A stretch of 64,000 nucleotides of DNA from a virus. Shown one piece after another: positions 32,097 to 42,630 of this stretch (the stretch's first letter is position 1; each line of letters starts with the position of its first letter). The DNA lies in the IMG/VR virus record IMGVR_UViG_3300035698_019747, positions 64,001-128,000 of that record; one strand, written 5' to 3'. A model generated the notes under the pieces. It saw only the letters and a program-made list of their open reading frames with translations, was not told where the DNA came from and did not search any database. A program made the position numbers and the translations under genes.

Positions 32097-32267
32097 AATA
32101 TATGAAAAAGAATAAAGATGAAATAAGTGGTCAAATAAACGAAGAAATAATTAAATCTAGTGAATACTTGATGCCGAGTTAGAAGCAGAAGAGAAGGCAA
32201 AATTAAATAAAATAAATTTACTCCGAAGTCAGTTTGGTTTATAATATTTAAATTAAAATAAAAAATT

Positions 32268-32537
32268 ATGAAAAATAACACAATTTCAACTACCACAGAA
32301 TTATCATTCCTTGATTTATGTAGTAGAGTAGATTATTGGAAAACTAGAGCGAATCATTTTGAAGAACTTTATAACGAGGAAAGACAAGAAAATGTTACTA
32401 ATTTAAATAATAGTATAGAATCTGCTAAAAAAGGTGTCGCTAATGCATTATTATTTTCATTGAGTGCCACTGATAACCCTGATGGTAGTATGACTATTGA
32501 TAAGGATTCAAGAACAGTTTTAGCTAAATCTTACTGA
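32268..32537 (+). CDS. Hypothetical coiled-coil protein
   Basis: ORF. Confidence 0.65.
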   Translation: MKNNTISTTTELSFLDLCSRVDYWKTRANHFEELYNEERQENVTNLNNSIESAKKGVANALLFSLSATDNPDGSMTIDKDSRTVLAKSY

Positions 32538-32713
32538 TGCAAAAAAAGGCGATTGATAATCTAAATAGATATGAAAAGAACGATCGGTCTAAATCTGGAT
32601 TTCCTGATGAGGTTTCCACACAGAATTATATTATAAAAAACCGTTGCATAAATTGTAAATGCGATTTAGCATTTGGTGAAGTATTATGTGACTTAGAGTG
32701 GGAAATAATTTGA
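32537..32713 (+). CDS. Small Cys-containing protein (58 aa, not in the ORF track)
   Basis: TGATG overlap with the previous gene; RCINCKCDL..EVLC. Confidence 0.45.
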   Translation: MQKKAIDNLNRYEKNDRSKSGFPDEVSTQNYIIKNRCINCKCDLAFGEVLCDLEWEII

Positions 32714-32936
32714 TTAGTTAAAGGGAGTGTTTATTTTAATAAACACTTAAAATAAACAAGGATTAGTAGACATAAATATTAATCATTTTGATGATAACAC
32801 TATTCCAGAAACAAACTTAATAATGTTTTCATAATATATATAAGAAGAGGTATTTTTATGCAAGATAAAGACATAAAGACATACATAATGAACCATTTAA
32901 TTGATGATGAAAATTATGATAAAAAATTAAATAAAT

Positions 32937-34163
32937 ATGACTACAGAAAAAGTAGATATTGTAATAACTTATTTTGGGGAAGACCTTTCTTGGATAACCA
33001 GTCTTAATCATACCGCTATAAATGAGATAATAATATATAATAAATTAGATGATACTAAATATATACCACTTCCAAATATTGGATTAGATACACACACTAT
33101 TTTACATCACATAGTTAATAACTATAACGATTTCAACCCTACTATTTTCTTACAAGGAAACCCATTTGATTCAGGTATTAAACCATCTAATGTCTCTGAT
33201 ATTCATAAAATGATAGATGAATTACAAGATGGTGGACATACATTAAACTACCATATAAGTCCTGTAGATTCGTCTTTGATTAATGGTATGATTAGTAATT
33301 GGAAAAATAGAGAGTTGACCCCTGTGGGTACAGACATTAAATCTTGGTGTGAATCAATAGGATTAGGTGTATTAGATAATTTACCAATATATTGGGGTTG
33401 TCAATTTGGAATAAATGATATCATATTATATAATAGAGATATAGATTTCTATAAAGAACTACTTGAATTACATAAAACTAAATATACAGAACTCAGTCAT
33501 TTTTTAGAAAGAACTTGGGGGGCAATATTTAATATTTACCCATCAATTTTAAACAATAGAAATAATTTAGGTAATTACCTATCATCTTTGGGTTTAAATG
33601 GTAAGGGTGTAGAAGTGGGGGCATTCAAGGGGGAATTTTCCAAACAACTATTAGAAAATTGGAAAGGCACTCTTTATATGATTGATCCATGGAGAGTGTT
33701 AGATACTAATGAATATGATAATTTTTATAATCAAAATAACACATATCAAGATACTACTGAAAATATTAAGGGATTTGAAAATAGAGCCTTTATGTTACGT
33801 GGACTTTCTAATGATTTGGTTGAACTTTTTGAAGACAATAGCTTAGATTTTGTTTATATAGATGCTAATCATGCTTATGATTATGTGAAAGAAGATATTG
33901 ATATATGGTATCCTAAAATAAAAAAAAATGGAGTTATATCTGGATATGGTTATTGTATGTTTAATAATAAAAAGGTTGGGTGGTATGAAGATAGCACATT
34001 CGCAGAGGATAAGGTAAATAAACATATATGGGACAATGAAGAGAAAATTTATTTGGGGTTATTTGGGGTCAATCCCGCAATAGATAAATTTAGTTTAAAT
34101 AATAGTTATGAGATTAAAGTAACTGATGAGTGGTATAGTACATGGTACTTTATTAAAAAATGA
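32937..34163 (+). CDS. DUF3431-like domain fused to a class I SAM methyltransferase (Methyltransf_24-like)
   Basis: EDLSW, LPNIG.D.HT.LHHIVNNY, IFLQG.PF, HFLERTW; GVEVGAFKGEFS, LDFVYIDANHAY. Confidence 0.8.
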   Translation: MTTEKVDIVITYFGEDLSWITSLNHTAINEIIIYNKLDDTKYIPLPNIGLDTHTILHHIVNNYNDFNPTIFLQGNPFDSGIKPSNVSDIHKMIDELQDGGHTLNYHISPVDSSLINGMISNWKNRELTPVGTDIKSWCESIGLGVLDNLPIYWGCQFGINDIILYNRDIDFYKELLELHKTKYTELSHFLERTWGAIFNIYPSILNNRNNLGNYLSSLGLNGKGVEVGAFKGEFSKQLLENWKGTLYMIDPWRVLDTNEYDNFYNQNNTYQDTTENIKGFENRAFMLRGLSNDLVELFEDNSLDFVYIDANHAYDYVKEDIDIWYPKIKKNGVISGYGYCMFNNKKVGWYEDSTFAEDKVNKHIWDNEEKIYLGLFGVNPAIDKFSLNNSYEIKVTDEWYSTWYFIKK

Positions 34164-34210
34164 TAAGGGATATTTATATTTTAATAAATACTTAAAAATA
34201 AAGCCTTTAA

Positions 34211-34765
34211 ATGGATTTTAATAGATACTCTAATAGTGACCTAAATAAAGAGATATGTAAAAGTTCAGATGGGTTATTTTATCACCCAAACTTTATCAGT
34301 TCAAGTAAGATAACATTTCTAGAAAAAGTTTTAAGTACAGTAGAGTATAAGATAATTAACGGAAAGCCAATTAAATATTTTGGATTAGAATATTCACATA
34401 ATAAAACTTTACACGATACTATTCAAACAGAACTTTGCGATTTCTTTAATTTAATGAAAGGGATAGATGATACTTTTGATCAAATTTCAATTGAGTTTTA
34501 TAAACAAGATGAAGGACATACTTTTATAAAGGAAAGTAAACTATATGATGATACTGTTGTGATAATTAGTTTAGGCGATTTCAAGTATCATTTTAAAGGT
34601 GAGAAAAATTTTGAAATACTTATGGAAAAGGGTAGTCTATTAGTAATAAGTGGTGAATCTAGAAAACTTACTAGGAGAATACGATATATTAAAAATGAAA
34701 GGTTCAATACTATGGTTATACCTAGAGATGACTTCTACTTATTCACATTTAGAAAATTAAGATAA
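34211..34765 (+). CDS. AlkB-like 2OG-Fe(II) dioxygenase fold, apparently lacking metal ligands
   Basis: YHPNFIS, YFG.EY, FDQISIEFY, IISLG, EKGSLLVISGESR, FTFR; HxD and distal H missing. Confidence 0.65.
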   Translation: MDFNRYSNSDLNKEICKSSDGLFYHPNFISSSKITFLEKVLSTVEYKIINGKPIKYFGLEYSHNKTLHDTIQTELCDFFNLMKGIDDTFDQISIEFYKQDEGHTFIKESKLYDDTVVIISLGDFKYHFKGEKNFEILMEKGSLLVISGESRKLTRRIRYIKNERFNTMVIPRDDFYLFTFRKLR

Positions 34766-35434
34766 ATGCTCCCTGTATATAGTTATTAATTGATCAGTTA
34801 ATAACTGGGATAATTGATTTATATTATCTACATCTTTCTCAATCACCTCATCTAATATATAGTAATATATTTTGAAAATATCACCTACTTTCTTAATAGA
34901 CATCTTCACTATATGTAAGCCATTATTAATCGATATTTCAAAATCAAATTTAGTTTCTTCACATGGGAACATTTTAAACTTGGGGTTATATTCAACATTA
35001 GTAATAGTGAATTCGGTTATATCTCTTTTATTTAGGTAATCATTCATACTACTCGCAGGTGCTTCTGATATGAAATCTGATATATTTCTTAAATTTTTTC
35101 CAAACTTATCCTCAGTTATGATTGACTTTAGCTTATATTCCAGGTCTTCTACGCTTTCAAAATCTACCTTATTATAAATACAGTTTATATCCTTTAAATA
35201 CCAAAAACTATCTTCTACTAACTTCTGTTTCTTAGTATCAGTTCTAAATATGAATTTAGTATGCACAATAGTAGTCACACTCTCATCTTCCATTTCTACG
35301 TTTAGACCATGTATAGAGAACACTAATTTATAAAATTTATCATCCTCTGATAACTCATAAACATGTTCGAATTGCCTAGCTTTCTTTTCTTCTAAAATAT
35401 TGCGTAATATTGTATCTACATTTTTAACATTCAT
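34757..35434 (-). CDS. Hypothetical protein (late-type promoter)
   Basis: ORF; TTAATATATA at 35448-35439. Confidence 0.7.
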   Translation of the reverse strand: MNVKNVDTILRNILEEKKARQFEHVYELSEDDKFYKLVFSIHGLNVEMEDESVTTIVHTKFIFRTDTKKQKLVEDSFWYLKDINCIYNKVDFESVEDLEYKLKSIITEDKFGKNLRNISDFISEAPASSMNDYLNKRDITEFTITNVEYNPKFKMFPCEETKFDFEISINNGLHIVKMSIKKVGDIFKIYYYILDEVIEKDVDNINQLSQLLTDQLITIYREHLS

Positions 35435-35481
35435 GTGTTATATATTAAAATAATATCGTATATTTGTTTAAATAAAATATT

Positions 35482-36417
35482 ATGACAACTGACTCAGAAA
35501 TGCATAACATAATTGATGAAATTCTGGAATTATTAGATGCCCCTGAATTACTACACAAACATATAAATAAAAATAACATTTTAACATTTGATAGGTACTT
35601 AAACACTAATGATGTAAATGAACTTGTTACTACTGACTATATACATCGAAAAACTAGATTAAATATTGAAACTACTTTGACTAATATTTCCACTAGTAAT
35701 ATCAGTGATGTGATAAGTTTCATCAAGGATAATTTAGACACTTCATACATAACAGATAAAGGATATATCTCACATGATATGACGGATTTTATATTAAAAT
35801 ATATTTCAGATGAAAGGGTAGGTGAATTAATTGCTATACTAAACGAACATAAAAATATATTTGATTATAATAATTCAATAATATTTGATAATGTTACACA
35901 CCACAAAGATTTTAAAACCATTTTACATAATATACACAATTCAGTTAAGATAGAACAAATTCAATTAACTGCCGATATATCACATTTAAATGATAAAAAC
36001 CACATAGCGTTTTCTAATTGGATGTATATTATTAAGGAGTATAGTCATATTATTTCTCATTTTACAGGGTCTGGGAATGTTTTATCTAAAATATATGATA
36101 ATTTAGATAAAACATCTACTAAACTAAAAATGATAATGCTAACCAAAATGGTTAAGTGGACTAGTTATAATATAGAATATATAATATCTAAATTATCTTT
36201 ATTCGATGATCCTTCCCTTATGGAATTATTAAGTGATAAATTAAAAGTATATTTGAAGACTAAAGACATATCCTACAAAGAAGGTGAGTGTCTTAAAACT
36301 AATTATACAAGTGATAGTGAATATATTAAAATATTAAACAACAATCTCAGCTATACAAAAAATATTAATATAAATTTATTAAATGAATTTAAATCATTTG
36401 AAGACTATGAAAAATAA
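35482..36417 (+). CDS. Hypothetical helical protein
   Basis: ORF after TATATTTG at 35459; ends FKSFEDYEK. Confidence 0.7.
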   Translation: MTTDSEMHNIIDEILELLDAPELLHKHINKNNILTFDRYLNTNDVNELVTTDYIHRKTRLNIETTLTNISTSNISDVISFIKDNLDTSYITDKGYISHDMTDFILKYISDERVGELIAILNEHKNIFDYNNSIIFDNVTHHKDFKTILHNIHNSVKIEQIQLTADISHLNDKNHIAFSNWMYIIKEYSHIISHFTGSGNVLSKIYDNLDKTSTKLKMIMLTKMVKWTSYNIEYIISKLSLFDDPSLMELLSDKLKVYLKTKDISYKEGECLKTNYTSDSEYIKILNNNLSYTKNININLLNEFKSFEDYEK

Positions 36418-37279
36418 AATATTAGAAGATTTTAAAAAGGGTTTATTAAAGCCTGTGAATAAATATTTACATAATCAATATTCTAGTGTTGTAAATATGG
36501 CATTTATTGATCCAGATATTAACGTACATAAGTTAAGTACATTTATTGACTTTATATTAAATAACTCACATATTAACTCAGTAAAAAATCTATCTTTTAA
36601 TATCTATGATATTATAAGAGCTAATAACTTGGACAAATTAAAATTCGCAGAATCTATTAGAAAAATTGATTATGATAGTATTCTATTATTTCTTATTAGA
36701 TCACAACATCCAGTAACTAATTATTTATCTACTATTAAGTATGTCCAATCTAGGGTGAGTATATATGGAGTCAAAGTAGGTGATATTTTTTCTATTAAAA
36801 ATGAAGAAAATTTTACATATATTACAGAAAATAAGCAATTTTTTTCAATTGATTTTATAAAAAGCCGAAATCATTTTTCTGCACTTAGTATTAGCATAGA
36901 TGATATTAATAATACTCTCACAAAACATAAATTATTAGAAACTATGTTATTTACCCGTGAGTCCTTTATAGAATATTGTGCTATCAACTACATAATTAAA
37001 GGGGATGTACAGAATTTAATTAAAGTTATATGGCAACTAGATATGAATGTCGATAATATATTAAAAAATCCTGATATTTTTAAATTGACACAATCTAATA
37101 AATCCATTAAATATTTACTTATGAAACACACCATATCTGATGTGAAACTCAATGATAAACTTCTGATAAAAGAATTATCACCTAGGAATTTTCTTAAAGA
37201 TTATATGACTATCGATAATAGTTCTGTGGGTAATACGATGGATATATTTGAATCATTTACAGAGTGGGACTCTAATTAG
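36407..37279 (+). CDS. Hypothetical helical protein
   Basis: Likely start MKNKILED; ends FESFTEWDSN, like the preceding gene. Confidence 0.7.
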   Translation: MKNKILEDFKKGLLKPVNKYLHNQYSSVVNMAFIDPDINVHKLSTFIDFILNNSHINSVKNLSFNIYDIIRANNLDKLKFAESIRKIDYDSILLFLIRSQHPVTNYLSTIKYVQSRVSIYGVKVGDIFSIKNEENFTYITENKQFFSIDFIKSRNHFSALSISIDDINNTLTKHKLLETMLFTRESFIEYCAINYIIKGDVQNLIKVIWQLDMNVDNILKNPDIFKLTQSNKSIKYLLMKHTISDVKLNDKLLIKELSPRNFLKDYMTIDNSSVGNTMDIFESFTEWDSN

Positions 37280-37363
37280 GGATATGTGAATAATTTTGAT
37301 ATGCATATAATGTAAGTTTTTAATATTCTTATATTAATATATACTTTAAAATAAAGAGTATAG

Positions 37364-38515
37364 ATGTCAGATTGTAATCCAAATATTAACCGTTTTTTCG
37401 GTGCACTTCAAACCCATATAAAACCATATAATGGATCTTTTGTAGCAGTAGAAGGACCTAACATGACACATAAGATAACATCTATGCCCTATTTAAAATT
37501 CCCCTATCAACAAGTATTAACAGGGAGGGTAACATTAAGGGCAGGACAAACCAACTACTTATTAAACCATTTGGGTCTAGGTGATAATGCCACATTTTTA
37601 GCTATTACTGCACAATATGATAACTCTAGTAAATTTGAAGCTGATAACTATGTTCAATATAGTTACTACAGTGATAAAAATAGAATATATTCGTTCGCAC
37701 AGATGCTTGTATTAACTGGTAACTCAGAGAATAGAGTGGAACAATTATATATACATAACCCTAACCAGAATGTACCAGTTGTACTTGAGATAATGGTAGC
37801 GGTCATTGATGATTTTTATAACTTTTTTGAAGAAAATTCTGATTCTTCATCTGTTTCCAATTCAGTCACTTTTGAAAATATTTCCAATTCTGATGTGGAT
37901 ATATGGGATAATGATGATTCTATGATGATCGTTAAAAATAGTTCTGGTCAGGCAATGTTATATTTAAATTTACAAGATATTAATGCACTTAACAGAGATG
38001 GTAAGATTTTAACTATTGATGAAAAAAGTGTAGGTATAATACTACTTATATTTGTTAGTGAATTTGAAGCAACACAAGCTAAATCTAAAATAAACCAATG
38101 GATTAACGATTATAGTAATGGAGTATCATCTACTCCAATAGACGATTATGAACCTATTATAACTTTTTCAAATAGTGTAGTAGATGATCAAGTAGCAGCC
38201 GCATATGGGTCTACTTTAACTAGCTTAGATGGCGATGGTTCATTTGTATATAATAGTTCTATTAGCCTAAGTGATTATAACACAGAAATAACAAAGGTAA
38301 ATTTGAAGGATTTATTGATTTCTAAAGTAGAGGATTTCGAATCAAGCATAATAGTATTAAATGCCACCAATGCATTATTATTGAAAACAGAGGGTAACAT
38401 AAGTGTCAATAATATCGTTAACCCAGGTGAGTATTATGTGTTCTTTGATATAACTGATGCAATCGGTAATAAGGTTAATTCTGGGATTAATGTTAAAATA
38501 AATATTGTTGGGTAA
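37364..38515 (+). CDS. Putative virion structural protein
   Basis: Beta-rich, Ig-like C-terminal [16 protein letters not shown]; TTAATATATA at 37334. Confidence 0.55.
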   Translation: MSDCNPNINRFFGALQTHIKPYNGSFVAVEGPNMTHKITSMPYLKFPYQQVLTGRVTLRAGQTNYLLNHLGLGDNATFLAITAQYDNSSKFEADNYVQYSYYSDKNRIYSFAQMLVLTGNSENRVEQLYIHNPNQNVPVVLEIMVAVIDDFYNFFEENSDSSSVSNSVTFENISNSDVDIWDNDDSMMIVKNSSGQAMLYLNLQDINALNRDGKILTIDEKSVGIILLIFVSEFEATQAKSKINQWINDYSNGVSSTPIDDYEPIITFSNSVVDDQVAAAYGSTLTSLDGDGSFVYNSSISLSDYNTEITKVNLKDLLISKVEDFESSIIVLNATNALLLKTEGNISVNNIVNPGEYYVFFDITDAIGNKVNSGINVKINIVG

Positions 38516-38552
38516 CGGTTTAAACTTTTTTATTTATAACCTATATAATAGT

Positions 38553-39575
38553 ATGAAAAAAGCTTTAATATTTGGTATCACAGGACAAGATGGTTCTTAT
38601 TTATCTGAACTACTCTTACAAAAGGGATATGAAGTACATGGGGTTAAAAGACGGAGTTCTTCTTTTAATACTGAAAGGATCAATCACTTATATAATGACA
38701 CGCACAATGAAACTGATTTTTATTTACATTATGGTGACTTAGCTGATACATCTAGTATTATAAATATATTACGGAAAGTGTCACCCGATGAAGTTTATAA
38801 CCTAGCAGCTCAAAGCCATGTCAAAGTTTCGTTTGAAATACCTGAATATACTTCTGATATAGATGCAATAGGAACACTTAGAATATTAGAAGCAATAAGG
38901 TCATTAGACCTTAACACACGCTTCTATCAAGCATCTAGCAGTGAAATGTACGGAGATGTATTAGAAAGTCCACAAACAGAGAAAACAGGGTTTAATCCAC
39001 AATCACCATATGCAGTGGCTAAGGTATATGCCCATTTTATTACTAAGAATTATAGAGAGAGTTATAAAATGTTTGCTTGCTCAGGTATACTATTTAATCA
39101 CGAGTCACCCAGAAGAGGTGAAACGTTTGTTACAAGGAAAATAACTATGGCTGTTGCTAATATTTATACTGGCAGACAAGAGTGTTTATATTTAGGTAAT
39201 TTGGATGCACATAGGGATTGGGGACATTCCAAAGATTATGTTAAAGCAATGTGGATGATGTTACAACAAGAAAATCCAGAAGATTATGTTATTTCTACGA
39301 ATGAAACACATAGTGTAAGACAGTTTTGTGAAATGGCATTTAATGAATTAGATATCAATATATCATGGGAAGGTGAAGGATTAGATGAGGTAGGGAAAGA
39401 TGAAGATGATAATATCATAATTAGAATAGATCCTAACTATTTTAGACCTTCTGAGGTAGTGTACTTATTAGGGGATTCTAGTAAGGCAAGGGATAAATTG
39501 GGATGGTTTCCTGAAATTAGCTTCAAAGAACTCGTTAAAGATATGGTACGTTTTGATTTAACAAATAATAATTAA
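38553..39575 (+). CDS. gmd: GDP-mannose 4,6-dehydratase
   Basis: [66 protein letters not shown]. Confidence 0.97.
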   Translation: MKKALIFGITGQDGSYLSELLLQKGYEVHGVKRRSSSFNTERINHLYNDTHNETDFYLHYGDLADTSSIINILRKVSPDEVYNLAAQSHVKVSFEIPEYTSDIDAIGTLRILEAIRSLDLNTRFYQASSSEMYGDVLESPQTEKTGFNPQSPYAVAKVYAHFITKNYRESYKMFACSGILFNHESPRRGETFVTRKITMAVANIYTGRQECLYLGNLDAHRDWGHSKDYVKAMWMMLQQENPEDYVISTNETHSVRQFCEMAFNELDINISWEGEGLDEVGKDEDDNIIIRIDPNYFRPSEVVYLLGDSSKARDKLGWFPEISFKELVKDMVRFDLTNNN

Positions 39576-39585
39576 AATAAATATT

Positions 39586-39831
39586 ATGAAAAAGTTATTT
39601 TTAATATTACTTAATAAATATACAGATACTAAAAGTGGGCGCATGGAAATACTTAAAATAGTTGATAAAGGGGTATATCGTGAATACTATGAACAAACCA
39701 ACTTTGGTAATCTATATAATGCATATATAGAGTTTTTAATGGCTAATGACCTTATTAAACGTATCACTAAAAATAAAGATTATAGAGAAATAGATATGAT
39801 TAGAAAAGGTATGCATAAGGCATTTGATTAA
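39586..39831 (+). CDS. Hypothetical protein (possible premature TAA; frame continues TIRFLEKPN to 39861)
   Basis: ORF and in-frame continuation. Confidence 0.6.
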   Translation: MKKLFLILLNKYTDTKSGRMEILKIVDKGVYREYYEQTNFGNLYNAYIEFLMANDLIKRITKNKDYREIDMIRKGMHKAFD

Positions 39832-39921
39832 ACTATAAGATTTTTAGAAAAACCCAACTAAGTTCTAAATATTATCCCTATATTTGTACTCTAATCTAAC
39901 AACAGCTAAATATTACATATT

Positions 39922-40110
39922 ATGAGACCGATGAGCGATGAACCAGAAAATATGACAAGAGTTCTTTTACTTGGTAAAAATGGTATAACATTATCATTTC
40001 ATTTTTATAAGGATGGTATGTTTCAGGAAGATAATAGTTCTAATTGGAATTTACCCAGTGAGTTTAAATCTTGGGTGTCTATTAAGGAGTTAAAAAGTAT
40101 AATTTTATAA
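39922..40110 (+). CDS. Small hypothetical protein (DUF551-like)
   Basis: P..MTRVLL...W pattern; TATATTTG at 39879. Confidence 0.5.
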   Translation: MRPMSDEPENMTRVLLLGKNGITLSFHFYKDGMFQEDNSSNWNLPSEFKSWVSIKELKSIIL

Positions 40111-40140
40111 TAAATAAATTACCTAAGTAATTCAATTTAT

Positions 40141-40563
40141 ATGAAAGTTGACCAAACTATAGTTGTACTAAACGACCATATTTGGTATGATAATGGGAAT
40201 GCTAAAACTGTTTGTGTTTCTTCTTGCCTAATGTATTTTGGCATTAGACCAAATAAGTATCATTATACTGGAACTACTAAAAATAGATTTGCATATAAGC
40301 AAATACTTAGACGACTTGGATATAACGTTCGTTCTCGTAAAAGTGAGTTTAAAATAGGTAAATTTTCGAAAGATATGCCTACTATGACTGAACTAAAATC
40401 AAGGCTACGTAAGTCTAATTATACTGATAATGATAAGTTTTTAGTATGTGGTTTTCAGAAAGGAAGTGCACACCTTATGGTACTAGATGGTAAAGGGGAT
40501 ATAATAGTAGATACTGCTCCCCAAAAGAAGTGGAGAATTGAGGATATTTGTTTAGTTTATTAA
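40141..40563 (+). CDS. Hypothetical protein, possible papain-like Cys-His-Asp fold
   Basis: TVCV...AHLMVLD...IVDT. Confidence 0.5.
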   Translation: MKVDQTIVVLNDHIWYDNGNAKTVCVSSCLMYFGIRPNKYHYTGTTKNRFAYKQILRRLGYNVRSRKSEFKIGKFSKDMPTMTELKSRLRKSNYTDNDKFLVCGFQKGSAHLMVLDGKGDIIVDTAPQKKWRIEDICLVY

Positions 40564-40629
40564 TTAATTAACTAAACTTTATCCAAAAATATTAATATAA
40601 GAGAGAGAGAAATTTTATATATATACGTT

Positions 40630-40698
40630 ATGAGAAAAATGATTTTAAATACTACATTATTAAGCATCAGCATTATTTTATTATTAATGGTGTATTGA
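40630..40698 (+). CDS. Leu/Ile attenuator leader peptide MRKMILNTTLLSISIILLLMVY
   Basis: 6 Leu codons, all TTA; 4 Ile codons, all ATT/ATC; directly upstream of tRNA-Leu(UAA) and tRNA-Ile(GAU). Confidence 0.85.
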   Translation: MRKMILNTTLLSISIILLLMVY

Positions 40699-40756
40699 GT
40701 CAGTATTGAAAAATTTTTCAACGCCCGACTCTTAATAAGTGTCGGGTTTATTTTTT
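40693..40756 (+). promoter_or_regulatory. Antiterminator/terminator switch of the Leu/Ile tRNA attenuator
   Basis: Terminator GCCCGAC(40723-29)/GTCGGGT(40741-47) plus TTATTTTTT; an alternative stem GAGTC(40697-701)/GACTC(40727-31) around TTGAAA/TTTCAA overlaps both the leader stop codon and the terminator 5' arm. Confidence 0.8.
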
Positions 40757-40762
40757 ATATAT

Positions 40763-40848
40763 GGTTGAGTGGTGGAATTGGTAGACACGAGGGGTTTAAA
40801 ACCCCTTGGTCAGAAATGATCGTGCGGGTTCGAGTCCCGCCTCGACTA
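40763..40848 (+). tRNA. tRNA-Leu(UAA)
   Basis: GTGGAATTGGTAGACAC D-arm, AGGGG-TTTAAAA-CCCCT anticodon arm, long V-arm, GGTTCGAGTCC. Confidence 0.95.
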
Positions 40849-40866
40849 CTAAAAATCACATATTTT

Positions 40867-40940
40867 AGTCTAGTAGCTCAGTTGGTTAGAGCGTTTCCCT
40901 GATAAGGAAAAGGTCGCAGGTTCAAGTCCTACCTAGACTA
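40867..40940 (+). tRNA. tRNA-Ile(GAU)
   Basis: AGCTCAGTTGGTTAGAGC, TTTCC-CTGATAA-GGAAA, GGTTCAAGTCC. Confidence 0.95.
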
Positions 40941-40959
40941 CTAATTAAATATAATTATT

Positions 40960-41334
40960 ATGACAAGTAGAGATTTTTGCTTTTGGTTACAAGGTATATT
41001 AGAAGTTACCGAGTTAGATAAATTTAATGAAAGACAAACACATATCATTAAAACCCATCTGTCTCTTGTATTTAAACACGAGATTAATACTGATTTATCA
41101 ATGATTAAACATTTTATGGCTAGGGATTTTTGTTTCTGGTTAGATGGGGTATTTAGTGGAACTGAGTTTCTATGTTTAAATAAACCCCAAATGGTGATGA
41201 TTTCTGCTAAATTATCACCAGTATTTAAACATGATATTGATCCTAGTATGGGTGATATTGAACACCAGGAAGGACTAAATAATATACATAGCTGGGATAG
41301 TGACCCCAATTCTGATGTTAATATGAGATGTTAA
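40960..41334 (+). CDS. Hypothetical protein with internal duplication (2x M.xRDFCFWLxG...xLSxVFKHxI)
   Basis: Repeat visible in the protein. Confidence 0.75.
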   Translation: MTSRDFCFWLQGILEVTELDKFNERQTHIIKTHLSLVFKHEINTDLSMIKHFMARDFCFWLDGVFSGTEFLCLNKPQMVMISAKLSPVFKHDIDPSMGDIEHQEGLNNIHSWDSDPNSDVNMRC

Positions 41335-41377
41335 TTCTACAAAGTAGTATATTTATTTTAAGATAAAACCTTCAATT

Positions 41378-41611
41378 ATGATGAAATATAATGAATTACC
41401 CAAAGAAATATTATCCCCTATATCTGGTGATAAAATGAGGTTAATGGACAAGTACTACCCAAATGAATGTTTTATGTCAATAGTTAATAACTATCAAGAT
41501 TCTGCTGAGTTATATGAGAATTCCGCAGCAATGTATTTATCAGAAAATGGAGAAACGATATATGTCCCATTTGATAGTGGTGACATTCCCACTAATGAGA
41601 GTCCAAATTAG
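41378..41611 (+). CDS. Hypothetical protein
   Basis: ORF. Confidence 0.6.
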   Translation: MMKYNELPKEILSPISGDKMRLMDKYYPNECFMSIVNNYQDSAELYENSAAMYLSENGETIYVPFDSGDIPTNESPN

Positions 41612-41743
41612 ATAATGATAAAAGAAATAAAGGGACTTGTATTAGGTTTTTTTATCAAATTATATCGTATTAACCTTCATATAGTTTTGTAATATATATA
41701 TAAATAGTTGTATATTTGCTGATATAATAACTAAAACCACATT

Positions 41744-41917
41744 ATGATGACAGCAAAATATTATAGCAAACCCGAAAACGTATTATTTTATGACCCGATT
41801 ACAAGATTGTTAGCAAGGATATTTGGGGCTAAACACTTTGTAATTAAATGTAGGGTTTGTGGAAAGATACCCACTGAAATATACGGAGATACTTGTTTAA
41901 GCCACAAAACTAAATGA
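41744..41917 (+). CDS. Small Zn-finger protein (57 aa, not in the ORF track)
   Basis: CRVCG...CLSH; downstream of TATATTTG at 41711. Confidence 0.55.
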   Translation: MMTAKYYSKPENVLFYDPITRLLARIFGAKHFVIKCRVCGKIPTEIYGDTCLSHKTK

Positions 41918-42090
41918 GTGTATGTTTTAACATTAACATATAAGATGGATGTGAATGGTACTGTTATCGTGTCTACTGGTTGTTCTATAATGGAGTCAAG
42001 TTACAAAAACTTAGAAATTATGAATACATATAGTAAAAACCAAAAAGCAATGTGATAAATAAACTTTTTTTTTTATTTTAATATAACAAT

Positions 42091-42360
42091 ATGGAAAACG
42101 ATTATTATATTAAACAAAAACATCTAGATAAACTAAAACATTGCTTAAAACTTATAAGTTATAGTGGTGATAGTTTAAAAGAATTATGTGCGGAGGAAAG
42201 GTCAGATATTGTTTATGGATTTGAAATAGGTAATGTAACATCTATGTTGAATAATTGTAAAATTATGATTATGAGTTTAGAAGAAGATATATCATTATAT
42301 TTGAAGCATGTAGATAATGATAGTAATAAAACTAAGTACAATACTTCTGGTGATGATTAA
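42091..42360 (+). CDS. Hypothetical protein
   Basis: ORF after a TAAAC..TAATATAA motif. Confidence 0.7.
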   Translation: MENDYYIKQKHLDKLKHCLKLISYSGDSLKELCAEERSDIVYGFEIGNVTSMLNNCKIMIMSLEEDISLYLKHVDNDSNKTKYNTSGDD

Positions 42361-42409
42361 TATATGAAAAAATTTTTATATATTTGTAGTCTAACTTAAT
42401 AAAACAAAA

Positions 42410-42607
42410 ATGAGTAATTTTTTAGATATAGATAACCTTCCAGATGACTTCAGTGGTGTTGTAATAGTTGATTATTCACCAGTAAGTGAAAGGATGTGGG
42501 ATAAAGGAGAACAAGCACTTGTCAGAGATGGTCAAATAAGACTAAGTGGGTGTTGGTTTAATTTTGATAATAGATATAAAGTTATTTCCAATAATTGGGT
42601 ACAGTGA
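42410..42607 (+). CDS. Hypothetical protein
   Basis: ORF after TATATTTG at 42379. Confidence 0.65.
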   Translation: MSNFLDIDNLPDDFSGVVIVDYSPVSERMWDKGEQALVRDGQIRLSGCWFNFDNRYKVISNNWVQ

Positions 42608-42630
42608 ACTAGATGTTATAGTAATTTATT

